Source of the DNA: Marsupella aquatica
Taxonomy: Eukaryota > Plantae > Marchantiophyta
Reading direction: 5' to 3'
Length of the DNA: 64,000 nucleotides
NCBI GenBank assembly: GCA_973895155.1
Contig: OZ316893.1
Span: forward strand, 15,778,645 to 15,842,644
Shown: positions 26,523 to 38,195 of the stretch, one piece after another
Layout: each line of letters opens with the position of its first letter
Position numbering within the stretch: the stretch's first letter is position 1
Program-made: the position numbers and the translations under genes
The notes under the pieces: generated by a model
Database searches by the model: none
What the model was told of the DNA's origin: nothing
Seen by the model: the letters and a program-made list of their open reading frames with translations, nothing else

Positions 26523-29500
26523 ATGGCTAAAAACACTCAATCAAAGAGTGGCAAATAGGCTCCCCCCACCAAGGGGAGAGCCCAAGTTCAAGATGAACAG
26601 AAGGAGGACGGGTCGACTTCCCTAGACGAACATTACAAGCAGGATGAAGAAGACACAACGGCCAAACCGTTGATTGCTACGGCAAACACGTCAAGTGCAG
26701 AGCGCCATCGACTTAAAGGGAAGGAGGTGGCCGATCCTTCGGAGGACGGGTCGGACAATAACGACTCCGACGCAGATGGAAGCAACAACATTGCAGAGGC
26801 TGAATCGGAGGAAGAGGGTTAGGACCCAGAGGAGGAACTGATCCTAGCCTTGAGAGGGTTGAATGCGGAACCAGAGGATGATGTCAAACCGGACGTCATC
26901 GTGGATAATTTGACCAAGCAGAACCAGGGCGATGCGGGTGATGCCTCAGTCCCGAGAGGTCATGGTGCTCGCAGGACGCGGGGGATGTCACCAAAATCCA
27001 CGAGAGAACCTAAGGACAGGCGGCCCGCAAAGGAAAGATGGTTGGAGGACCATCCTCATACAACCCGCAAGGGCCCAGCCGCTGACCACGGTCTGGGTCC
27101 GTTGACTCAAGACCAACAACTTATTTATGAGCAGTTGGAACACAACATGGGGCCCAGATTAAGTACTTACTTAGTCTAGGTAGTCAGAGTGCGATGCGTC
27201 TCGAGGGGGAAATGGTAGTCGGACGGAGTATGTTCCAAGTGAACCAGCTACCGACTCCTCCAACTTACGACGGGGCCTACAAACAAAGTGGACAAAAGTT
27301 CCTGCGTTGAGCGTTCCACTTGGGCCACCGCAACCGCTCCTTACCTGAAGGACTATGCCTTGACTTGGTACAAGTCATGGAAGAAGTCACGAGAGGACTC
27401 CTCCTTGCCGTTAACTTGGGAAAACCTGGTTGAGGGACTCCATGCTCATGTCACCACTAAGTACTTGGAGCGGCACGCTCATAAATGTGTAACGGAGATG
27501 AGCTTCAAGGGTGATATCCAAAAGTTCATCACTTATTACCAGAACCAGTTGGCGTGTATCCCGGCGGGACAAGAGACCCTACATACACAGCTTCACAACT
27601 TTATCGTGAACTAAGCTCCCGCCGTTGCTGAGGGAAAAGTTACAGGAAAAGCGTCACGAGTTCAAAAGGTTTTCTGACGCCTTTGACAACTTGGCCACTA
27701 CATTGATGAATAACCGACCGGACTTGGCAAAGGTGGGTGGCAAGGGATCCGAGGGGAAAGCTGGGAAAGCAAAAGGTCTCAGGAATAAGCGTAAGCAACC
27801 TGAGGGGGCGGGGGCCGGTGATTCGGATCCCCATCCCCAGAATGGAGAAGCTAAGCAAAACCGGAAGGCCGACAACTTCAAGAAAGGAACCTCATTGGCG
27901 CATAAAGCAAAGAAGAAGGCACTCATGGAGCAGAGGCGGGCGGAAGGTTTCTGCTTCACGTGTGGTGCCATGGGCCATCAAAGTAAGGATTGTTCCAGGA
28001 AGGGTGGCAAGCCAAGCGGAGATGGTGGAGGGCAGAAGAGCATTAAGGTAAGTATCGCTCTAATCAAACCCTTAGTAGCTGACAAGGTCCTTGTAGGGGA
28101 TGTTCCTGCCAGAGAGAGGGTGTTGCTGCGAGAGAAGATACCTAAAGTTAAGACAATGGATCCTGAAAAACTGATTTTTGTGAATGTCACTTCTAACGGT
28201 AATCTGGGTGTTGCTTTGGTGGATACAGGCGCGACCGCTTGCTTCATATATAAGTGGGCAGGCGACAACACATCTTGGGGTGGACGTGCAGGAGTTGCTA
28301 CAACCGTTAGTGTGCAAGTTTGCCAACGACACAAAAGGGATAGTGTCGAGAGTGGTACATAGACTTTGAGTAGAGGTCATAGGCGAGCACCAAAATTTTG
28401 TTAGTCAGGAGATCTTCTACGTTCTAGACGGTCTAGCCGTAGACTTCATTTTGTTGGTAGATTATCTCAGAAAGCACAATGTTACCTTGAAACCGGGGGG
28501 TGATCGAGGTGCTCCATTTTCCCAATAAGGGCGGTGAGCCCATCATTGTACACGAAGTTACCGAAAATAAAGAAAGATTTCTCAAAGTAAGTAAAGTGTC
28601 GTGGTTGTCTCCGTGTGTATCGGCGAAGTAATGCATGGTGGAAAGACTTCAAGGGTGGACATGATTGTTTCTTCTTTCATCTCCACCCAACTAAGGAGGC
28701 TGCATCGCAGCCAAAGGTCAAGTTAGCTAAGGTCGGGCCCGACTGTGGTCGAATTCCTGAAATTTTAGAGGAATTCAAAGACATGCTCTCGCAGAAGCTA
28801 CCTAAAGGTGTACCCCCGCGGAGAGAAGTGGATCACCAAGTTGAGTTGGAGCTAGGTTTGGCTCCTCAGGCTAAAGCTCCTTATCGTCTGAACTAGAACG
28901 AGCGAATGATGTTGAAGAACGCCTTGGAAGAGTTGATCAACCAAGGGTTCATTCGCCCTAGTAAGAGTCCTTACAGGGCGCCCGTGCTGTTTGTGTCCAA
29001 AAAGGACGGTACTTTGAGATTGTGCGCAGATTACCAGGCCCTCAATAAGCAGACGGTAAAGAACAAGTACCCATTACCTCATATGGACGACCTCTTCAAT
29101 TGCCTCTCCGGGGCTAAGAAGTTTTTCAAAGGTGGACTTGCGGTCTGGGTATTACCAGATCCGCATGGCTACAAGACACGAGTATAAGACCACAATGCGC
29201 ACAAGCTTCAGATCCTATGAGTTTTTGGTTATGCCATTTGGGTTGTGTAATGCAACCACAATGTTCATGAAGATGACGAATACCATCTTTCATGACTTGT
29301 TGGACCAAGGAGTGGTCGTCTTTATTGACGACATCCTAATCTACTCAAAAATGTTGGAGGAACATGAGCAGTTGCTCAAAGAAGTGTTCTCTTGTCTTTG
29401 CAAGGCTCGTCTCTTTGCTAAACCTAGCAAGTGCAAGTTTGCAATGAACGAGATTCAGCTCCTCGGCCATACCTTTACTCCGGAAGGGATTACGCCTAGT

Positions 29501-31625
29501 CAGGACAAGCTTAAGGAGATCAAAGAATGGGAGCGCCCGTCCAATGTAAGGCAGGTTAGAGCCTTCTTAGGGTTTACGGGGTTCTATCGGAGATACATGA
29601 AAGACTATGTGAGGATCGCGAGGCCCCTAAACGAGCTAACGTTGAAAAAAAATGTTTGTGTGGACACAGGATTGCGAGTTAGCATTCCTAGAACATAAGC
29701 GGCTAATGATAACGCCGCCGGTTCTAAAGTTACCTGAGATGGGGAAGCCGTTTGAGATTTGGACAGATGCAAGTGATTATGCCATTGGCGCATGTCTTCA
29801 TCAAGATGGGCATCCTGTGGCCTTTGAGTCATGTAAGTTGGAAAATCATTGGATCACACCGGAAAGGGAAATGTATGCTGTGATCTATGCGCTGAAGAAA
29901 TGGGAGATTTACCTTGAGAACGGTCCCAAAGTGGTAATCCACACAGATAGCTCGCCGGACGGGTACTTCAGTTCTAAGCCAAGGTTGAACCCCAAGGAAA
30001 TGCGCTGGCAGATGTTCATGGCGGATTTCGATTTCAAAGTCCGTCACGTTCCTGGGAAGACAAACATGGCAGTCGATGCATTATCGCGTAAGGACCAGCA
30101 TCGTGTCAATGGGATCACGATGCTTGAATTCGAATTGCCAAAGGTTCTGGCCGTGACGTATGGGGATGACGGGTTAGCTAAGGAATGGCAAAGCAATGGG
30201 GGTAGCCAAGGCAAGGTAAGGCACATATCGTTGGGGTTGGATACGATGCATAATGTTCAGTTATGGCGATACAAGCAGAGGCATGTGTACATACCAGAGT
30301 CTCTAAGGTTAGAGGTTCTACAAAAGTACCACGACTTGCCCTGGGGAGGGCATGGAGGACAAGCCGCTACATATCGCAGCATGTTGCGAGATGTGTATTG
30401 GCCGGACATGAAGCAATCGGTCCTTCAACACGTGCAAAGTTGTTACTCGTGCCAAAAGAGCCGAATAGTCTATAGGGCAAAAGGAGGACCGCTACAACCC
30501 TTACCAGTAGCTGGGGCTCCATGGGAGTCTATCTCCATGGACTTCATTGTTGGGTTACCTGAGTCCCACGGCAATAACTCCATCTTAACAATCATGGATT
30601 GTTTTTCCAAGATGACGTATTTTTTGCCTACTACAAAGATGGTTTTGGCCCGAGAGGTTGCCAGTCTAGTGTTTGACAATGTCTTTCGACAATGGGGACT
30701 GCCGTTGCATATCCTGTCCGATCAAGATACCAAGTTCTCGGGCCATTTCTGGAAGGCGTTGTTCCGGTTATCCGGAACGGACCTGACTAGGGGATCAGCG
30801 TATCATCATGAGATAGATGGCCAACCGGAACGGGTTAATGGTATCGTGGAGGACTACTTGCATCACTTTGTGACAGCCAATCAAAAGGATTGGGCAAAAC
30901 ACTTAACAATGGCCGAGTTTAGGTATAACTCGACCAAGCATTCGACAACGGGGTTTGCGCCATTTGTGTTGGCCATAGGGAGGACACTAAGGGCGCCCTC
31001 ATGGTTTATAAATCCGAAAGCTTGGCGGATGGAAAGCAAGGTTCCTTATGTGGATGATTTTATTTGAGAGCGGCGCCTAGTTGTGGAAGCGGCTACCAAG
31101 GGTATGACCCTTGCCCAAAGTCAGTACAAGGAGCAAGGGGATGAACATCAACGCCAGGTAAGCTTTGAAATTGGGGAGAGTGTCTGGTTGCAGTTGAGAC
31201 CTGAGCAATACCACGGGAACATAAGTAAGAAGTTGGCTCCCAGATATACGGGGCCCTATCGTATCATATGATGGGCCCACAAGGATAATCCAGTTTTGGT
31301 GGTGTTGGAAACACCCAAGGAAATGGGCATGGGCAAAAGCTATCATGTTAGCTGGCTCAAGAAGTTTGTCAAAGACGATGATCCCAACCGGGATCAGGTC
31401 TTGCGTCCGGACGCCATGCTGGTGGAGGACGCTGAGGAGTTTGAGGTGGAGACAATTCTAGACCACCGTTACAAACGCAAGTTGGGAAGGAAAATCTTAG
31501 AGTACTTGGTGAAGTGGGTTGGCTATGATCAGACCAAGAGTACTTGGGAACCGGAAGAAAATTTGGGTAATGCCTCAAAGATCCTTGGAAGCTATTGTAA
31601 GCAAAGCGGCCTACCGCCATTGTGA
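26523..31625 (+). pseudogene. Chromovirus gag-pol with C-terminal chromodomain
   Basis: CFTCGAMGHQSKDC; LVDTGAT; [11 protein letters not shown]; FIDDILIYS; TDASDYAIGA; integrase HHCC and WESISMDF; chromodomain FEVETILDHR..EYLVKWVGYD..STWEPEENL. Several stops and frameshifts. Confidence 0.92.
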
Positions 31626-31730
31626 ACTGGTACAGGCAGCTGTAGCTACCTTTGTGAGTTGTATCCTAGTTTCACTCCTCTTGGCCTCTTAAGGATAAAG
31701 TCACATTGCGTGGGTGCTAGAGGTTGTTGG

Positions 31731-32438
31731 GCTCCCTTATGGTCCAGGCGCGGGTTCTCGGGGTTTGCGGGTGTTAACTCGCCCGCTTGCCAAATCTTGC
31801 CGAACGGCAGCCAAGCCGCGTTCAGTCTCCCAAGGGAGCTTGCGCTGGGGAGGCAAGGCCAAGTAGGTGTGGAGGTTGAGTCCCAAGAGTGTCCGGCCCC
31901 TAGACCATCAGTGGGGCGAACCGGGAGTTGGTTGCTAGAGTCGGGGCCATTCTGGTCCCGACGTGTTGGGACAAGCTTTAGGACAAGCTATGCTATTTGG
32001 GCCATGAGCATGTCCTGGGGTCAGGGCGGTCAGTTGGTGATGGATAGGTATGAGGGGGAACCCGGGCCGCGCCCAAGGAAGGAGCTATTCTGGACAAACA
32101 GTGGACGTGGGTTCTGGTTTCGGCTTAGGGCATCGGGAGGACCTATTGCTGACCTATTTACCAACGTCTGTTGAGCTTGAGTTAGGATGCTAGACTTGGC
32201 AAGTTCTTGATCCTAAGGGGTTACTTACCGAGGTGCTTGGTTGCTTGTGCAGATAGTGAGGACCGTTGAGTAGTGGTCGTGTAGGTGAGCAAGTGTGGCT
32301 GTATGGGAGGGGCCGCTGGTGGTGCAAGGGGCACTAGGGTGCTTGCTCAAGGTATTCCGTGGAGGCGTTCGGGCACTAGGGGCACTTAGGTGTGAGTGCT
32401 GGGATTGGTGAGGGCGCTGGGTGGCGAGGTCCACCACT
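31731..32438 (+). repeat. Chromovirus 3' LTR, internally deleted
   Basis: 31731-31749 matches 24958-24976, then 31752-32438 matches 25689-26377. Confidence 0.85.
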
Positions 32439-32443
32439 GTTTG

Positions 32444-32697
32444 TGATGTGGCAGTGTGACTATGTCTGGATGTATGTGACAAGCAATGTATGTTGTGTAG
32501 CGATGTGTGCGTGTTGGCATCGACCGTGGTTCGATTCTATTTAGACTATTGTGGGTTTTAGACACGTGTGGACATGAGTTCCACTTGTATTCCATTCTCT
32601 TGTGTTTGTGATGTGGTAGTGTGACTATGTCTGGATGTATGTGACAAGCGATCCCGCAAGCGATGTTTGTTGTGTAGCGATGTGTATGCGCACAACA
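32444..32697 (+). repeat. Remainder of the DNMT-Gypsy 3' LTR plus a tandem second LTR-like unit
   Basis: 32550 onward repeats tgtgggttttagacac...ttctcttgtgtttgtgatgtgg, the uninterrupted version of 24842-24899 plus 32444 onward. Confidence 0.75.
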
Positions 32698-35600
32698 AAC
32701 TTGATGGCTTGACAACAACTTCATAAATTGGCAATCCTGCAAGAGCCACCATACAAAATCAGGGGGGCCCAAATTAAAGGGGACAAGTACCAGCCCAAGG
32801 GACCAAAGGTTGACGCACTAATACCATAGAGGCCGGAACAAGGGACGAAGCTGGGCCCCAAAGGAGGAAAATACACAAGGAATTTAGACTCTACATCTGG
32901 ACGAGCTTTAGAAAAACAAACTCAAACCTCACGATTTGTTCCAATTCTACTTACAAACTCCACAATCACCTTACTGGAGAAATGGTGTTGAAGTAAAGCA
33001 GCAGCAAAGCCAGGAAGATTCTGTCAGATTTCCTTGACTGAATTGAATTGCGTCATAGCTAGAGGCACATCCCCATGGTAAATCAGCCCAGTCCAATCAG
33101 CCCAGTCCACTTCTCCATCACAATGTAGTTACATGACATTATCTCACACCCTACTTGAAGGAAGTGATCAGCTAAGATGGTAACATTGATCTATGGCTCC
33201 TACAGCAGAAAGCCGAATGAGTCCATCATCTTATGTGCACAAAGTGATAGAGCAGGCCTTCTTTACATACAACATTCATTCCATATCCAACACTTTCAAG
33301 CTAAGCATAGTGAAGCTGACATCGGGATGACCTCAATGAAAAGCAAATGTTTCAATACCAAGAAATGTCATCAATGAAACTCCGGAAATTTGACTTTGTT
33401 TCTATGGGTTTCTAAACAAAGACATGTTGGTGGATGTGGGGAAGGCTTGGTTTCCTCAGTCCACCACCCAGTGCACCATAGACAACAGGGATTTTCTCTC
33501 CAATAATAAAATCTGCAGTCCAAAGAAAAACAAACTAGCCTCAGAGTGCCTACTCCTCAATAGATATTCAATTCATCTTTAAACCATAAAAGAACTAGCA
33601 AATTGCACATGGCTCCCCTGGCTCGGTGATAGAAATATACCATCCCTTGCTTTACAAGTCCTTTTTGTAGAGAGAATAAGTCAATTCATGCTCTTTGTTA
33701 ATGCATGCATAAACACAACACAAGAGTGAACACCTAAAAACCAACAATAACAAATGTCAGCTGCATCTGGGTGCGAACAATTGTCATTGAGTCATTCATA
33801 CAAACTTACTCAAGCTTCACTCCTCAGATCAATCTCCTGAACAATCGCCATTTGGACACCAATGAGGAAATGTGGATGCCTTGCAATTGTTGCAGAGCCA
33901 AGCAATGATGCCATTGAAACTGCCTATACTTGACTCCATATGCGCAGCTTTTGTAACAAAGACATGGTGTTGCATGTCTTAGTTCAAAAACGTTTATTCG
34001 GAAGGGCGGCAACTGATAGTGAACAGTGCTGCAGCGACTGTGACTATGGTGGTTGCCACCACGGTGGGCGTCTTGGGTTTACTGCTGGTTAGCCTTAGGC
34101 TGGATGGACAGGTTTATGCTGGGTGGGCAAGGAAGAGATGGGTTAGTTCCGTCAGGGAAGTTTTGGTTTATTTCAGTTGCCAAAAAGAGTTTTTTTTGTC
34201 TTAGAAGTCACCAAGCGGGAGACATTTTCACCAGATATGCTTGATGGGACCCCGGTAGCAAAACGTTTTAACGTGATGGGCCCCTATGAAAATTTTGTTA
34301 CCTACTAGGACTTCTGGGAAATTTTTGTTGCCTACTGGGACCCCTCTAAAGGAGCAATACAGGATGTTCTTCTAACTGGAAGAACTACACAGTTTTTGAC
34401 CCCAGCTTACCACGTTGTTGTGCAGTTATGTTCTATAATCTACCAAGTCGCTCTGTTTGCAGTCAGGGTCACCCTTTGCAATTTTTTGAGTTTACTAACG
34501 CAGTCTTTTGCTGTTGTTTGGTGAAGACATTATGGTTTATGTCTTCAAATCAATTAGGGTTTGGTAGTGGCACTTTCATCTTGCCGGTTTTAGGGGCAAT
34601 CATTGTTTTGTAGTGGATTTTGGTATTTTTAGGATACAGGCTGAGGCGATCGCAATGATGATTTCTTGTGGGCTTAATTAACTAGGCTTTTGATTATTGC
34701 TTAGTGATGACAGTCGTGAGTTTTTGGAGGCTGTTGCAATCTATTTCATGAATGAGATTTGTTGATCATGGCATGCTACATGATGCTGGGAAAACACCAC
34801 GTTTGGTTGAATGTCGGGTTTTCTAGAATTGTTAACTTTGTTTATGTGTGGAGTACTTTCTTCCCCCTCTTGCTCTTCATCATCTCCAGCTATTCAAACA
34901 TTCTCTTGTTGTCCATAAATTTGGGCCATTTGGATTTCTTGGCAGGTTTGTTGGGCTCTCCATGCTATTTGGACTTTCCCTTCTTCTCGATCAATCTAAT
35001 GCATTTTGAAAAAGTTCCAAAAATAGCAGGGATTATAGAATGCTTTGCATCCTGAGATTACTGCCTAGTAAATAATAAGACAAATTATCCAGAGTAGTAT
35101 GCTATGCTGTGAGCTGACTAGGATCATGTTTTGATAAATGAATAGTCATGAACATTTGATCCCCATATTGTTGTATTAAATTAGAAATCCTGCTATTTCA
35201 CCTATCTTTATGTCACCAGTAACGTTTGCACCTAACTAAGTTGTATCACGTCGGACGTGCTCTTAGATGCAAACTCCTTTCTACTATACATGCACCGATA
35301 GTCATACCAAGAAAACTTTAGAAACATAGTTAAAAGACCGTGGGTAGCTTGTATGAAAGTAAAATTAATGAAAACCTAGGTACAATGAATATTCAAACTA
35401 GAAGACATCAACTCTATTGTCTTCACTTTAAGTTACATCCCACTTTGGACTACCCTGACCACTATTCAATGGTAATTCCTATCGTGTATTGACTGTCCAA
35501 GGTTGGGTCTCATTTCTGATAGTGCTATTAGTGATTCAGGCACCGTTCACCATAAAATTCACAATAGTTGATGGTCACACTATCAAGCAAAAACTTGTTA

Positions 35601-38195
35601 TAGCCTGAACTAGACAAGAACTTATGACACAAAAGTGTCAGAGGGTCCTAGTTGGTAACATTACTTTTAAAGGTTAACAATACTATAAAAGGGTCCTATC
35701 AGATAAAAAACTGCCAGGTCCCATCAAGCAGATACCTCCATGGTGGTGTGGTAAAGAGAGAAGTGGGCCCTAGGTGGACCCACTTAGGAGTCATAAATGA
35801 GTTCTCCATGAAACTTTGTCCACTCGTCCAGAATTTTGGATGATGTCACAGCAACTACAGTCAAGGAGAGGGTGGCAGGGACACGGGAGCGGCGGGGGAG
35901 CTGGTGCAGGCTTTTTGTCTTTGAAATATTACAAAAATTCACATTAAGAAGTGTAAACTGCACACTATGTCTCGGCAGCTCGCCAATGGAGACAGCCCTG
36001 TGGATCAAACAGCGTCGGCGTGCAGAGGTAAAAGTCAGAAAGAGGCTCCGGCCAGAATGCCAGATGTCATAGCGTGCCAGGAGACGAAGTCATAAGAGAC
36101 GTAAAGGCTCCTCCTTCCAATTCAACTGAAAAGTCTCGAAAAGAGGGAACAGCGCCAGGCACTCTGGAGTCTGGGAGATAAAGCCGTAGCGCTGCAGTCA
36201 GGTTTCAGACTGGACTACTGGAGCTCAGAAGTGAAACTCGGGGCCCACCATGTTCCTGGGTCTACAGCATCACAGCATTGCTCGCTACCAACAAGATGGT
36301 CGAATGAGTTGGTAGGTGGGGGACGGGGACTAGCGAGGGGATTTTGACAGTGAGGGCCAGCTTAGAATGTTCGTATTTCACTTCGCAATTGAAAGTCATT
36401 AAAAAACAATTGAGGATGAAAACTATTTTAGAATGTGCATGTTCTGCTTTTCACTTCACTGTTTCACCCAACGCCATCCGGCTCAAAGGTCTCAAATGTT
36501 CGATTGGCGGGAGGTATGTCCCGTGACAGAGGATCAGGATTGTACCGTGTTTGTGATGAAATTGGTAACCGGAGTTTTACTTCTCCTTAGTCACGAGGTA
36601 CCAAGGACTAAAGGAGTCAAGGAGCAAGGAAACTGGCAGGGCTGCTCGTGAGGGAGGGAAGGGATGTCAGGGAAGGAATAAAGAATACACTTGTCCAAGA
36701 ATCTAGGGGCCTACGAGTACAAGTACAAAACCAAGGGCAAATGCATTAACATCTTTGATCTTCGTCCGCCGAGCATACTCTTGTGTACCTATCTACCGTT
36801 CCTAATACTTGGAGCTATTTGCTCCATACCATCATTCGCTACCCTATGGAAACTCCCAGCAAACGAGACTACGAGCCTAAAAATCCGTATTTCTGCTGTC
36901 CTGTCCTCACATCCGATCCGAACCAAAGTTTATAGGTCTGAGGCAACGAAATGTCAGAGTCTACCCCTCTTACTGTGAGGGAATTCCAAGAAAAGAAGCC
37001 TCTACATGCCAAAAGGGAAGCTCGGCTGGACAGAACTTTGGCACCGGTGTCCGCACGCGCTCAGTGGTTTACTACTGTGACCCCCACACCAGCACATCAG
37101 GTTCCAATTTCTTTTGCAACTTATCTTGCGATCCTTGAAGAGTAGTTGTCATTATTCTGTAGATTCTGAGCTGCCTCCGATTATGGAGACATTGAAGGAG
37201 TGAACATTTTCGGAGCATTTTCGTGTCAGTCGACGAGCGTTTCAGTCAGTACCCTGATATCATGATTTCCTATTATCTGGAGGACTTGTCTACCGGAGGC
37301 TCTTCGGATCTGCACTGATACCTTGACCTCTGTTAGGTGACAGTTCTGGCGTGTTGGGCTCGGTGCTGCGGGAGTATTCTGTCCTAGTTGCTGAGCTCAC
37401 GAATGAATGTTCTAACTATCGTTGGGAGCCGTGTGAACTCTCAAATTAATTACACGACTGAACTCTTATGGGGCTCGTCATTGGTCTTTCTACAGGGTCG
37501 GGAACTCCCCTTACGTTGACACGGGCAAACTGGTGACTTGGAACATTCGGCTGAGATCTCTTCCAATTGTGGATCCATCTCCGCAGGACTGTCAAGTCAA
37601 CGCTTCAGTTCCATGCCCTGTAATCCTTGGACCCGTGATCCTTTAGCACCAGCCGAATTCAAAGGGGTTAACTATTCAACACGTGGTACGAGAAACGCAT
37701 GATGCAGTCAAACATCGGTCGGGACATCGGTATGGAGAGTGACACTGTGAATCGAAGATATGAATCGACTAGGTTCGATTTGACATTGACGATGTCTCTT
37801 ATTTCAGAAACAAGACTTTCCTCTCAAACGAGACGATCTTTCCTGTATCTGCTGTAGCAATGAAACTATCAGTCCATTTGAGGTCGTTAGCAAGATCCTG
37901 TAAATCCATCCAGGAGTAGATTGGGGATGGGTTGTCCATAGTCCTTCGCATGTTCTGTCTCGTCAATTCGTCGCTTTTTCTGTCACCAGTTTTTATCACC
38001 TTACACGCCTCAATGCACTAGAAAAATGTCCTCAAACCTATTTTCTGTGTTGTTTCTTCACAGAAATAGTCTTTGGATTCTGTCTGTGCTAGGGCGAACG
38101 GAACCTAGTAGACTCGCAGTCCTTTATATACCGTGAGAATTCTTTCGATTAGCATAGCAATGTTTGCAAATATGTCAAAGGTGCTTTTGTGAGTG

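Larger units (their letters stand above)
24900..32438 (+). mobile_element. Chromovirus (Ty3/Gypsy) inserted into the 3' LTR of the DNMT element
   Basis: TSD gtttg (24895-24899, 32439-32443); termini agtcgcgg...ccaccact; 5' LTR 24900-26377; primer-binding site; gag-pol with chromodomain; partial 3' LTR. Confidence 0.92.
11554..32697 (+). mobile_element. Ty3/Gypsy LTR retrotransposon with DNMT and PHD domains (degenerate, four nested insertions)
   Basis: Domain order gag-ZnK-PR-DNMT-RT-RH-INT-PHD, then a polypurine tract (PPT) at 24831-24840 and a 3' LTR starting tgtggg at 24842. The 5' boundary is approximate because no matching 5' LTR was found. Confidence 0.85.

Noticed and set aside
32529-32538. 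B-box/tRNA T-loop-like gttcgattct
   Set aside because: No A box or cloverleaf; it lies within LTR sequence.
32900-34000. Possible minus-strand LINE remnant (GGGL-like motif near 33460)
   Set aside because: Only one weak motif and no sustained reading frame.
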